The position numbers and the translations under genes were made by a program. Below are positions 50,899 to 59,740 of a stretch of DNA of 64,000 bases, one piece after another. Positions within the stretch are counted from its first letter, which is position 1; each line of letters starts with the position of its first letter. The notes below the pieces were generated by a model that was not told the DNA's origin, made no database searches, and worked only from the letters and a program-made list of their open reading frames with translations. Source of the stretch: an uncultured Chloroflexia bacterium (GTDB lineage: Bacteria; Chloroflexota; Anaerolineae; JAAYZQ01). The stretch covers positions 64,001-128,000 of the forward strand of contig CAVOXA010000010.1 in the NCBI GenBank assembly GCA_963700285.1, given 5' to 3'.

Positions 50899-51273
50899 CT
50901 AGCCCAGCAAGCCACCCAGGCTGCCCAGCCCACCCAGCCCACCCAATCCACCGGTCAGCGCACCCAAGCGCTCGGCAGCCAGCGACTGTGACTGCTCGAT
51001 GGCTTCATTGACCGCAGCAACCATCAGATCCTGCAGCATCTCCACGTCTTCGGGATCCACGGCTTCGGGATCGATGGTGATCGACTCCACCCGCTGGTGC
51101 CCGTTGATGACCACTGCAACAACTCCGCCACCCGCCGTTACGGTAACTGTCTCAGCGCCCAACGCATCCTGTGTCTGGACCATCTCTTCCTGCAGCCTCA
51201 TAAGCTGCTGGCGCATGTCCGGCCGGCCACCCGGCTGCTGGCCCCGAATACGTCGCCCTTTACCTTTTGCCAT
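50899..51273 (-). CDS. ybaB: YbaB/EbfC nucleoid-associated protein
   Basis: AGGG.V.V..NG, DPED.EMLQDL..AAVN.A; dnaX-ybaB-recR synteny. Confidence 0.93.
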   Translation of the reverse strand: MAKGKGRRIRGQQPGGRPDMRQQLMRLQEEMVQTQDALGAETVTVTAGGGVVAVVINGHQRVESITIDPEAVDPEDVEMLQDLMVAAVNEAIEQSQSLAAERLGALTGGLGGLGGLGSLGGLLG

Positions 51274-51356
51274 TTGTCTTCCTCCTATTTCCTGCCATCA
51301 ACCGTCAGCTTCTGGAGGCTATACCGTTGATTGCTGAGCTCTGATGGCTAGTTTTT

Positions 51357-53063
51357 CTACGGCTCTTCAACAACCTTTGTCTGCCCACCAAGTTTCTCGG
51401 CCCAGCGCGTGATCTGGCCCAGGTCCTCGGCATCCAACGCAGGTTGCGGGGAGGCCGTATCTGAGGCTGGCGCGGAGGGGCCAGGGGCTTCCTGAGGATT
51501 GGGTAGATAGTCCGAGGCCAGTACCAGCTTCACGTGACAACTGCGGCCCACTACCTCGCTAAGCGCATCCTGGACCTCTACCTTCCGTTGGGGATCTCCG
51601 AGCTTATCCCGCAGGAAGGGATAGGGAAAAGTCACGACGACCTGACTGCCCGTCACTTCAACCGGTGTGCAACCAGAGCGCAAGGCGCCTTCCGCGGTGG
51701 GATTGCGCTGCCGCACGGCGACAAGTATCTGCTCCCAGACCCGCTCTACCATCTCCAGGGTCAACTGTCCGGAGCTGGTCTGAGCCTCTACAACGGGCTC
51801 AACATCTGTAGTGCTCTTGACCGGCACGTGCGGTGCCGGAGTTGGCGTGAGAACAGGAACTGAAGATTCTGCCACACGATGGCCTTCCGCCTTGGGTACA
51901 GTGGACGGTGGGGCAGGGGGCGTCGAAGGAGCTGGTTCCTGCCTACCAGTGGTCTGACTCGAAGCCTCTGGCCCAGCAGTTCCCATAATGCTCTCGACCA
52001 GAGCAAGTTCCAGTGGCAATTGAGGGATCATCTGCAGACCACCCTTGACGTCGGTCACTGCACCGTTAAAGAGGCGGATGGCCTGCAGCAACTGCCCCGT
52101 CGGCATCCGTTGGGCCAGCTCTTCCATTCTGGTGGACTGCTCTGCCGTCGCATTGAGCAAGCGCGTGCCCGCACCCTGGTTGACCAGCAACACACCACGC
52201 AGGTATTCCACCACTTCCCGGCCGAACTGGCGCGGATCTGCGCCACCACCCACCGTACGATTGATGCGATCCAGGCCTCCGGCCACGTTGCCATCGGCCA
52301 GATCAGTAACCAATTGGCTGGCCGCCTCGCCCGCGACGGTTCCCAGGACCATCTGCACCTGGTCCAGCGTAATCTGATCCCCATAGCTGGTCAATTGATC
52401 CAGCAGGCTGATGGCATCCCGCATGGCGCCAGTGCCCTGATAGGCAATGAGTTCCAGCGCCTCGGGCTCGACGGCAATCCCCTCCCGTTCGGCAATGTAG
52501 GCCAGTCGGTCCACGATGGTCTGCAAGGGGATACGCTTAAAGTCGAAACGCTGGCAGCGTGAGGAAATCGTAGCCGGAATTTTGTGGGGATCGGTGGTGA
52601 CCAGAGCAAAGATCACGTGCGGTGGCGGCTCCTCCAGCGTCTTGAGCAGGGCATTGAAGGCCGGCTCAGTGAGCATATGTGCCTCATCGAGAACATAGAT
52701 CTTGAATCGGCCCTCGTTAGGCCGAAAGCCGACCTTCTCCCGAATATCCCGGATCTCGTCGATGCCCCGGTTGCTGGCGGCGTCGATCTCGATCAGGTCC
52801 AGCAAACGCCCGTCATTGATGGCCACACAGATGGAGCAGACATTGCAGGGTCTTTCCCCTTCAGAGGCATGGCAGTTCACCGCCTTGGCCAGCAGGCGGG
52901 CAGTGGTCGTCTTGCCGGTTCCCCTGGGCCCAGTAAAAAGGTAGGCGTGGCGGATCTTGCCCTGGCGCAGCGCATTGCGCAGCGTCCGGGTGATCGGCTC
53001 CTGGCCAGCCACTTCGTCGAACGTCTGCGGACGGTACTTGAGATAGAGCGCCTGAGCGGCCAT
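51357..53063 (-). CDS. dnaX: DNA polymerase III subunit gamma/tau
   Basis: YRPQTF, GPRGTGKTT, EIDAASN, DEAHML, SRCQRF. Confidence 0.96.
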   Translation of the reverse strand: MAAQALYLKYRPQTFDEVAGQEPITRTLRNALRQGKIRHAYLFTGPRGTGKTTTARLLAKAVNCHASEGERPCNVCSICVAINDGRLLDLIEIDAASNRGIDEIRDIREKVGFRPNEGRFKIYVLDEAHMLTEPAFNALLKTLEEPPPHVIFALVTTDPHKIPATISSRCQRFDFKRIPLQTIVDRLAYIAEREGIAVEPEALELIAYQGTGAMRDAISLLDQLTSYGDQITLDQVQMVLGTVAGEAASQLVTDLADGNVAGGLDRINRTVGGGADPRQFGREVVEYLRGVLLVNQGAGTRLLNATAEQSTRMEELAQRMPTGQLLQAIRLFNGAVTDVKGGLQMIPQLPLELALVESIMGTAGPEASSQTTGRQEPAPSTPPAPPSTVPKAEGHRVAESSVPVLTPTPAPHVPVKSTTDVEPVVEAQTSSGQLTLEMVERVWEQILVAVRQRNPTAEGALRSGCTPVEVTGSQVVVTFPYPFLRDKLGDPQRKVEVQDALSEVVGRSCHVKLVLASDYLPNPQEAPGPSAPASDTASPQPALDAEDLGQITRWAEKLGGQTKVVEEP

Positions 53064-53392
53064 GGATTCTCCTCATGCGGTGTCCTCGATCTCGAGGCCC
53101 TTTCTAGTTTACCAGAGATGGGCAGTTTCTGCAAGGTCGGAGAGGTCGTTACAGACGTGACGATGAGGGGCAGGCGTCTCAACCGTCTGGAATGACCATG
53201 TGGAGGATAGACGCCGTTACGACACAGCCTTTCTCCTCCGCATATAGTTTGCGCTTTCCAAAATCTTGCGGTACAATCCAGGGCAACACCAGCGACCGTG
53301 CGGCAGAGGATGATCGCCGGCGTCCATTGGTCTGCGCAGGTTAGAAGGGTTGCTTCCTTGGCCTACTGCACAGAGAGTAAAAGGAGTCAAAC

Positions 53393-53857
53393 ATGTCACC
53401 ATGGCTTAAAGCGGGACTGATCGGCGCGGCTGTGCTCGTCGCGCTGAACGTATTGGGGTTGATCCCCTGCGTCGGGCTTGTCACCTGTTTCGTGGGCCTG
53501 TTGGTTTATGGCGGCATCGGCGCTGTGGTTGCCCATTGGCTACCCCCAGTGCGCGATGCTGGGGTAGCCGCCGGTCAAGGAGCAGCCGCGGCTGTCCTGG
53601 CTGCAGTGATCGGCGGGTTCGTGAACATGATCCTGACCACGATCCAGATGAGCCTCCTGGATACCTCGGCCATTCTCTCCCAGCTTCCGGCAGAATCGCT
53701 CCAACAGATGGAAATGGCAGGCATTGACCCTTCCATATTCACGGGACCAACCGCAGGGCTGTTCTATGGCGGCGCTTGCTGCCTGGGAGGTTTGATACTG
53801 GCCGCCATTCTCGGCGCCATCGGCGGCGCTATCTATGCCGGTGTGAAGCCTGAGTAG
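53393..53857 (+). CDS. Uncharacterised membrane protein (about 4 TM)
   Basis: AAGGAG RBS; Gly/Ala-rich TM helices. Confidence 0.7.
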   Translation: MSPWLKAGLIGAAVLVALNVLGLIPCVGLVTCFVGLLVYGGIGAVVAHWLPPVRDAGVAAGQGAAAAVLAAVIGGFVNMILTTIQMSLLDTSAILSQLPAESLQQMEMAGIDPSIFTGPTAGLFYGGACCLGGLILAAILGAIGGAIYAGVKPE

Positions 53858-53883
53858 GTTTGTGCAAAAGAAACGACCCAAGC

Positions 53884-53913
53884 AGGGCTGCCCCTTGCGG
53901 GGGCAGCCCTTTT
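53884..53913 (+). terminator. GC-rich hairpin with short T tail
   Basis: AGGGCTGCCCC-TTGCG-GGGGCAGCCCT-TTT. Confidence 0.6.
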
Positions 53914-53958
53914 CCTTCGCTCATCGTGGCGGAAGGTTCTGAACACAAGGACGACACC

Positions 53959-54705
53959 ATGGCAGAAGAATTGACAAGCGAGTTGGACCTGAACGAGGAA
54001 AGCCTCTGCCCCGAATGCGGCGCAGCCATGGATGAAGGCGACATGGTCTGCCCCCAGTGCGGGGCTGAATTTGGCTACTATTGTCCCGAGTGTGACGAGG
54101 AGGTTCCCGCCGACGCCTGCGTCTGTCCCCACTGCGGCGCAGAGATGGATGAGGGCTTTGAAAATGAGGGTGAATCCGAGCCGGAGGGAGAGCGAGCAGC
54201 TAACGGTACGAACTGCGGTGAGTCCATAGATAACGAGGACAAAAAGTGCCCCGAATGCGGCGCAGTCATGGATGAAGGCGATACAGTCTGCCCCCAGTGC
54301 GGGGCTGAATTTGGCTACTATTGCCCCGAGTGTGACGAGGAGGTTCCCGCGGACGCCTTCATCTGTCCCCACTGCGGTGCAGAGATGGATGAGGGCTTTG
54401 AAGATGAGGAGGAAGACGCGGAACATGGGGGTGAGTCCAATCCGGAGGGGGAGCGAGCGGCTTTCTGTGCGAATTGCGGTGAGCCCATAGAAAAAGAGGA
54501 CAAAGAGTGCCCCGCCTGCGGCGTGGATTTGTGTCCCGATTGCGGAAGCCCGCTGGAAGAGGACGACGAGGTCTGCCCAGAATGCGGCGCCGAGTTCGCG
54601 TTTTCCTGTCCAGACTGTGGTGAGGATCTCCCGGCCAACGCAGTGATCTGTTCCCACTGCGGCTATAACTTCGTGGACGAGGAGGAGGAGGAGGAGGATG
54701 ACTGA
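53959..54705 (+). CDS. Acidic poly-zinc-ribbon (DZR-like) protein
   Basis: 14 CxxC motifs plus one degenerate (GTNC) in 248 aa; very Asp/Glu-rich; AAGGA RBS. Confidence 0.8.
   Translation: MAEELTSELDLNEESLCPECGAAMDEGDMVCPQCGAEFGYYCPECDEEVPADACVCPHCGAEMDEGFENEGESEPEGERAANGTNCGESIDNEDKKCPECGAVMDEGDTVCPQCGAEFGYYCPECDEEVPADAFICPHCGAEMDEGFEDEEEDAEHGGESNPEGERAAFCANCGEPIEKEDKECPACGVDLCPDCGSPLEEDDEVCPECGAEFAFSCPDCGEDLPANAVICSHCGYNFVDEEEEEEDD
54007..54515 (+). repeat. Near-identical intragenic tandem duplication (240-nt unit)
   Basis: TGCCCCGAATGCGGCGCAG... starts at 54007 and 54247; second copy has a 21-nt insertion. Confidence 0.85.
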
Positions 54706-55540
54706 GGGCGGCATCGACCTCATCCTCCTGAAGCCTGACCCGGTCCTTGAGGGCCCCGACACCACCCGCTGCCCGGCCTGCGGCACCGGCGTCTATCTCA
54801 ACGATGGCATCTGCTCAGCCTGCGGCCAGGTCTATTGTCCGGGATGCGGGCATTCCCTCGAAGATGATACGTTTGAGGACGAGGGCCTCGAAGACGAGGG
54901 CCTCGAGGACGAGGGCCTCGAGGACGACGATACCTGCCCGAACTGCGGCCTGGCGCTGAGCTTTCCCTGTCCTGGCTGTGACTTTCCGGTTGCCAGCGGG
55001 GCCAAGCGCTGCCCCGAGTGCGGCGTCCTTTTTGTACTGCGCTGCCCCGCCTGCGATGTACGCATCCTTGATGGAGCCGAGGCATGTCCCGATTGTGGCC
55101 AAGCCTTCGCGCTGGAAAGGCGCACGCTGGCAACTATTTTTGCCTCGGAGCCTGGGCTAGTCTTGCTCAAGTGTCCGGCCTGCATGGTCAAGTTCGGCAG
55201 CGAGATGGGAGCCTGTCCCGGGTGTAACCAACGCGTCTGCCCCGAGTGCTATCTACTGTTAAAGGACGAGGAACTCGATTGTCCCCACTGCGGCTGCCAT
55301 GCCGCCCGGCCCTGCCCTGCCTGCAAAGCCAGCGTAGGTTTGGGGTCCCCAGAGTGTCCTGCTTGCGGCCAATCCCTCTGTCCAGCTTGTGGCGCCGGAG
55401 TAGGGGAGAACGACACAAACTGCCCCAGGTGCGGCACAGAACTGGAGTTGTGTTGCCCCCAATGTGGCGCCGACCTGGAGCCTCAGATGATGCACTGCCC
55501 CGCATGCGGCCTTAGCTTTGGCCCAGACGACCCGGACTGA
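54698..55540 (+). CDS. Poly-zinc-ribbon (DZR-like) protein
   Basis: 18 CxxC motifs in 280 aa; start overlaps upstream gene end; (EDEGL)x3 15-nt repeat at 54875-54919. Confidence 0.8.
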   Translation: MTEGGIDLILLKPDPVLEGPDTTRCPACGTGVYLNDGICSACGQVYCPGCGHSLEDDTFEDEGLEDEGLEDEGLEDDDTCPNCGLALSFPCPGCDFPVASGAKRCPECGVLFVLRCPACDVRILDGAEACPDCGQAFALERRTLATIFASEPGLVLLKCPACMVKFGSEMGACPGCNQRVCPECYLLLKDEELDCPHCGCHAARPCPACKASVGLGSPECPACGQSLCPACGAGVGENDTNCPRCGTELELCCPQCGADLEPQMMHCPACGLSFGPDDPD

Positions 55541-55588
55541 TTCGCCGGCGCTTGTTGCCAGCCTATTAGAGGATTCGTTCCCGCGATA

Positions 55589-56740
55589 TTACCACGACCG
55601 CCTGAACTCGACACGCCAGGCATAGTGGGAGATGCTCACGCACTCGCCCTTGTCATAGAGTTCCTGGCATCGCTCCCTGGTAATATCAGTCTCGCAGCAT
55701 GCACAATAACCTGCCGCCCACAGATCTTCAAGGGGAGGCGGGTCGTGGGTGGGCAGATTGCGGGTCAAGTCGGTCTCACACGCCCCTCCCTCGCCACTGG
55801 CGATGCAAAGCTGTCCCCCATCCATCCCGCTGAACTCGACCTCACCGGGCCCCCAGAACGGATCATCTCCTTTGTGGCCTGATACCTGGTACAGACCCGT
55901 ATATCGCTCGTGCACCCAGACACCCGGGATCTGGTTCCCCGCCGCATCCAGAACGGTAACGCGGATCAGTTTGAGACCGTCGCTGCAGGTTTGACCTTCC
56001 TGTCCAGGACCAACCAACTGGGCCGTATAGGTCCATTTCACGGCTGCCGTCGGCGATGGCTGCGCAGTCGGCGTTGGCTCGGGTTCCACGGTATTGGTCG
56101 GTTGGGGCCTCGGCGTGTCCGACGGCACAGCGGTTGCCGTCGGCAGGGCAGGCGTGTCTGAGGGTGCCATCGTCGGCGCAGGTGAAAGCGTCGCTGTGAC
56201 CGTTGGCGTGGGTGGGATGGTCGTCGGCTCTTTGGTCGTCGGCTCTTTGGTTGTCGGCTCGGGTGTGGCCGATGGCACAGCCGTTGGCGCCGGTACGTCT
56301 GTAGGCGTCGAGCTCGGTTGGGGCAGAGCCGTACCGGTGGGGGGCAGAGTCGGCGTAGCCAAATAGGCCAACGATTGTGGGCTTTCCACACCCAGTGCCT
56401 GGCCCAGCACGGCGAGTGCACGAATATCCGCCTCGTCGCGCCCCTCAGTGATGTAGCGGTCAATCAAGATCGCAAGCTGTTGATCGATATCTGACGCGTC
56501 CAGCCGCGCCAATCGTGCCTGGGCCCTCTCCAGATCGTGGTCAGAACTGTAGGAAGCCGCCACCAGGACGACATAGACTTCCTGGGACTCTGCTCCCAGG
56601 CTGACCAGGGCCGCATCGGATCGGCACGGCGCCTTGATGCCTCGACTAAACAAAAAGCCCAGCCCAAGCCCAATCATCAAAGCCAGGCCAGTACAAAGCG
56701 CCCCGATGAGAATGGTCCGATCGGTCCGTGATTCTTTCAT
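55589..56740 (-). CDS. Membrane-anchored protein with Pro/Thr-rich linker and Cys-containing C-terminal domain
   Basis: N-terminal TM, long PT-rich stalk with EPTTK repeats, C-terminal domain with several cysteines. Confidence 0.7.
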   Translation of the reverse strand: MKESRTDRTILIGALCTGLALMIGLGLGFLFSRGIKAPCRSDAALVSLGAESQEVYVVLVAASYSSDHDLERAQARLARLDASDIDQQLAILIDRYITEGRDEADIRALAVLGQALGVESPQSLAYLATPTLPPTGTALPQPSSTPTDVPAPTAVPSATPEPTTKEPTTKEPTTIPPTPTVTATLSPAPTMAPSDTPALPTATAVPSDTPRPQPTNTVEPEPTPTAQPSPTAAVKWTYTAQLVGPGQEGQTCSDGLKLIRVTVLDAAGNQIPGVWVHERYTGLYQVSGHKGDDPFWGPGEVEFSGMDGGQLCIASGEGGACETDLTRNLPTHDPPPLEDLWAAGYCACCETDITRERCQELYDKGECVSISHYAWRVEFRRSW

Positions 56741-57128
56741 CGTCCTATACCGCTCCTTGATCTAAACTCGGATACCAGTATAGGGGAGAATGCGCTGTTG
56801 GTCAATTCCAGCGGACACCCCATCTGGGTGGGTGAGGGACCCCAGCTATTGCTAGATCTCCGCACAGGGTGAGAAAACCTACAGCAACCGCCAGTATTTG
56901 TATGCTACAATTCAACAGATGGGACCGCGCACGATCCGGGTACAGTCACAGGTAGCACAGCAGAACCATCTCGTAATCCCAACCTATCTCTTGGGATAGA
57001 CTTGCAGTAATTTGCAGAGAATCGTCGAGGGTGGGGTAAGGAACCTATGCTCCGGGGCGTCCAAACTACTGTATGGGGCCGCAGACCTGATGTTTGCCGG
57101 CATGCTCATCAAGGAGAGGAGATACGAA

Positions 57129-57815
57129 ATGGGAGAATCTGCAGAATCCGTACCCATCAGACCCTTCGCCTGGGAGGAGCCCCTGCGCCGGATCGCGTTG
57201 GTGATCGCTCGCCTGGGCCTGGCCTTTCTTTTCTTCTCGCAGCTCTTTTGGAAGCTTCCCCCCCAGTTCGGCTGTGGCTCTGAATTCGACTTTTCCAGCG
57301 AGGGACCCGATGGCGCGCTGATCCGCAAGAGTGGCCTGTGTGACTGGGTCGGTCTTGAATCTGTCTATGCTGACCGCGAACGGACTTTCTTTGTGATTCC
57401 CAGCTCTGATGGCGGTACCCTTTTCTCCATTGGCCTGGATCCACTGGTCAAGCTCAATGGAGTCTTTGTCAGCCATGTCGTGCAACCAACCTTTGGCGCC
57501 TTCGGCTGGGCGATCTTTCTTGCCGAAGCCTTCGTCGCGGCCACGCTCTTCCTGGGTCTTCTCAGTCGTGGGGGCGCGCTCGTTGCACTCTTGCTGTCGC
57601 TCCAACTGATGCTGGGTCTGGCCGGCGCCTGGGATCCCGCGACCCATCTCAACGAGTGGGAATGGAGCTACCACCTGATGGTCCTGCTGTCGCTCGTCCT
57701 GCTTGGTATTACTCCCGGCCGCATCTTTGGGCTGGATGCACTGCTAAGACCCCGTCAGGCTGCCAGCGCCGCCCGCGGCCGATGGCTGGCCAAACTGTAC
57801 CTAGCTCTCAGCTAG
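57129..57815 (+). CDS. DoxX/TQO-DoxD-like membrane protein
   Basis: R..L...F...FWKLPP, E......L.LGL.SR.GA, EW.WSY, GR.FGLD; GAGGAG RBS. Confidence 0.7.
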   Translation: MGESAESVPIRPFAWEEPLRRIALVIARLGLAFLFFSQLFWKLPPQFGCGSEFDFSSEGPDGALIRKSGLCDWVGLESVYADRERTFFVIPSSDGGTLFSIGLDPLVKLNGVFVSHVVQPTFGAFGWAIFLAEAFVAATLFLGLLSRGGALVALLLSLQLMLGLAGAWDPATHLNEWEWSYHLMVLLSLVLLGITPGRIFGLDALLRPRQAASAARGRWLAKLYLALS

Positions 57816-57872
57816 CACCACCACTTGGGTAGCCCTGTAACGCTGCCCCACCCTGGTACATAGGAGACGTAA

Positions 57873-58715
57873 ATGGTTCTTTCCAGAACGCTTGCAGGAC
57901 CCGCAACAGACACTGCTGGCAGCCCGACCGGCGAAGGGACACCGTTCGTTTGGAAACTGTGGGTTTATACCAACTATGATTGCAACCTGAGTTGTACCTA
58001 TTGCGTGGCCGAGTCCAGCCCGCGTGCTGCGCGTAGAGGACTGGACCTGGAGACCGTACAGCGGCTCGTGGACGAGGCCATTGCGCTGGGCTTTGGCCAC
58101 CTGCTCTTTACCGGCGGCGAGCCCTTCATCCTGGACGATATCTATGATATGCTGGCCTACGCCTCAGCCCGGGCTCAGACAACCGTCCTGACAAATGCCA
58201 TGCTGCTGCACGGCAGTCGCTTGGAACGACTGGCAGCCATCGCCAGCGACAGGCTGACGGTTCAGGTAAGCCTGGATGGCGCCCGGCCCGAGCACCACGA
58301 CGTCTATCGCGGCGCGGGTACCTGGGCCAAGACCATGGAGGGCATCCAGCGCCTGCAGGTGCGCGGACTGCACCTGCGTCTGTCTACGACCGAGACGCCG
58401 GCCAATAGCGACTACCTGGCGGAATTGTACGCACTCCGTCGTTCCCTGGGTATCCCCGAAAAGGATCACGTTATCCGGCCGCTGGCCCACCGGGGCTTTG
58501 CCCGGGAAGGGACGGAGGTAACCGTCGACAACTTGATGCCCGAGGTTACCGTCACTGCGGATGGCGTCTTCTGGCATCCGCTGGCCTCGCCCAGTAGCTG
58601 TGACATGCAGGTGAGTAACAGGATCTTTCCCCTGGCCACGGCTGTGGACTGTATCCAACTGCAACTCGACCAGTTGCTGCGCGCCAAGCACGGGCTGCCA
58701 CAGGCCATCACTTGA
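57873..58715 (+). CDS. Radical SAM protein (possibly extended to 58721 as a Sec-Gly selenoprotein)
   Basis: CNLSCTYC, TGGEPF, LTNA, VSLDG...HD..RG.GTW; no SPASM cysteine array; ends ACT TGA GGC TGA. Confidence 0.88.
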   Translation: MVLSRTLAGPATDTAGSPTGEGTPFVWKLWVYTNYDCNLSCTYCVAESSPRAARRGLDLETVQRLVDEAIALGFGHLLFTGGEPFILDDIYDMLAYASARAQTTVLTNAMLLHGSRLERLAAIASDRLTVQVSLDGARPEHHDVYRGAGTWAKTMEGIQRLQVRGLHLRLSTTETPANSDYLAELYALRRSLGIPEKDHVIRPLAHRGFAREGTEVTVDNLMPEVTVTADGVFWHPLASPSSCDMQVSNRIFPLATAVDCIQLQLDQLLRAKHGLPQAIT

Positions 58716-58851
58716 GGCTGAGCCGCGGGCTTCTGGAGGAAGCCGAGAACAGTACGCATCCTGGACGGCGTCCAGGATGGCAAACCTGCTGCACATCCAG
58801 GATTTTCTTTGACGGTGGGATCACGTTATTAGATCTAGGAGGGGGGTTACG

Positions 58852-59361
58852 TTGACCAAGACCATGCGCGAGGCGCTCAGCCGCCAGGCGCCGCTATGGC
58901 CCATCGCCCTGAGCCGCGTGCTCATCGGAGTGCTGTGGTTGGGGACGCTGCGCTGGAAGCTACCACCGGACTTTGCCCCCGCATCGGGACGGGGGTTATT
59001 TGACTGGCTGCTATTGGAGGCCCAGTACCCGGCCTTTGGTTTCTATGGCGCTTTTGTCGAGTCGATCGTGATTCCCAACTTTTCCCTGTTCGCCTGGCTG
59101 GTCTTTTTGAGCGAGCTAGGCGTGGGGCTGCTGCTGGTGACGGGCACGTGGACGCGCCTGGCAGGCGCCCTGGGCCTTCTCATGTCCCTCAACCTGGGGA
59201 TCGGACTGCTGGAGGTTCCGGGCGAATGGCCCTGGTCCTACATCATGATGGCCATGTGGCACGGGCTGTTCGTGGTTGCGGCCGCAGGGCGCGTGCTGGG
59301 CGTCGATGCCTGGCTGCGCCGCCGGTTGCCCACCAAGTCCCTGTGGCTCGTCTTCACTTAG
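58852..59361 (+). CDS. DoxX/TQO-DoxD-like membrane protein (paralog of 57129..57815)
   Basis: RWKLPP, E..VG..L..G..TRL, EWPWSY, GR.LGVD; AGGAGG RBS. Confidence 0.75.
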   Translation: MTKTMREALSRQAPLWPIALSRVLIGVLWLGTLRWKLPPDFAPASGRGLFDWLLLEAQYPAFGFYGAFVESIVIPNFSLFAWLVFLSELGVGLLLVTGTWTRLAGALGLLMSLNLGIGLLEVPGEWPWSYIMMAMWHGLFVVAAAGRVLGVDAWLRRRLPTKSLWLVFT

Positions 59362-59409
59362 CCGAGTTCCCTTGATGGGCAAAGGTTTCGCAGCTCACGA
59401 TCTGTCTCC

Positions 59410-59736
59410 ATGGTAGCTGTCGCCGGTCTTGCCGTCACTGCCGCCCTGACTGAGGTTGGCTTCCTGGCCCCGGTACGGACGTTTCTGCAAACGCCCAGTA
59501 TTATGTCCCGGCCGGATGGACAGGGCCCGACCTTGTCTATGCCCCTGGGCCTGCCCAACCCCTGGCTCATCATAATACCTGTGGTACTCCTGGCCGGCTA
59601 TTGGCTGCTGCGCAGCCCCCACAATTGCATGCAGGCCCTGGAAAGCCTGCCGCGCTGGGCTGAGGGCCAGGGACACACCGTCGTAAACCGCCAGGACCTG
59701 GGCGATGGCGTGTGGCAGATCGTGATACGAAAGTAA
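59410..59736 (+). pseudogene. Apparent fusion remnant: membrane segment (YeeE/YedE-like end) joined to the C-terminal half of a TusA/SirA-family sulfur carrier
   Basis: C-terminus ALESLPRWAEGQGHTV......GVWQIVIRK fits the TusA/YeeD second half, but the CPxP motif is absent. YeeE call for the N-part is tentative. Confidence 0.5.
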
Positions 59737-59740
59737 CAAG

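Noticed and set aside
52728-52740. 13-nt match (GCCGACCTTCTCC) between dnaX and the IS non-coding loop at 269-281
   Set aside because: A match this short between a 400-nt query and a 64-kb GC-rich window is expected by chance; the right half of the predicted target (TTTGG) is absent.
53347-53366. Possible SRP RNA (ffs) upstream of dnaX; minus strand reads GTAGGCCAAGGAAGCAACCC
   Set aside because: Only partly resembles the CAGG..GNRA..AGCAG domain IV; no GNRA tetraloop or convincing long stem. An Rfam search would be needed.
54007-54925. Repeats considered as a CRISPR or RNA array
   Set aside because: Repeats are in-frame coding duplications without unique spacers; no cas genes in the window.
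56760-57120. Possible riboswitch (e.g. Moco type) upstream of the DoxX cluster
   Set aside because: Only short generic hairpins; conserved aptamer motifs could not be matched by eye.
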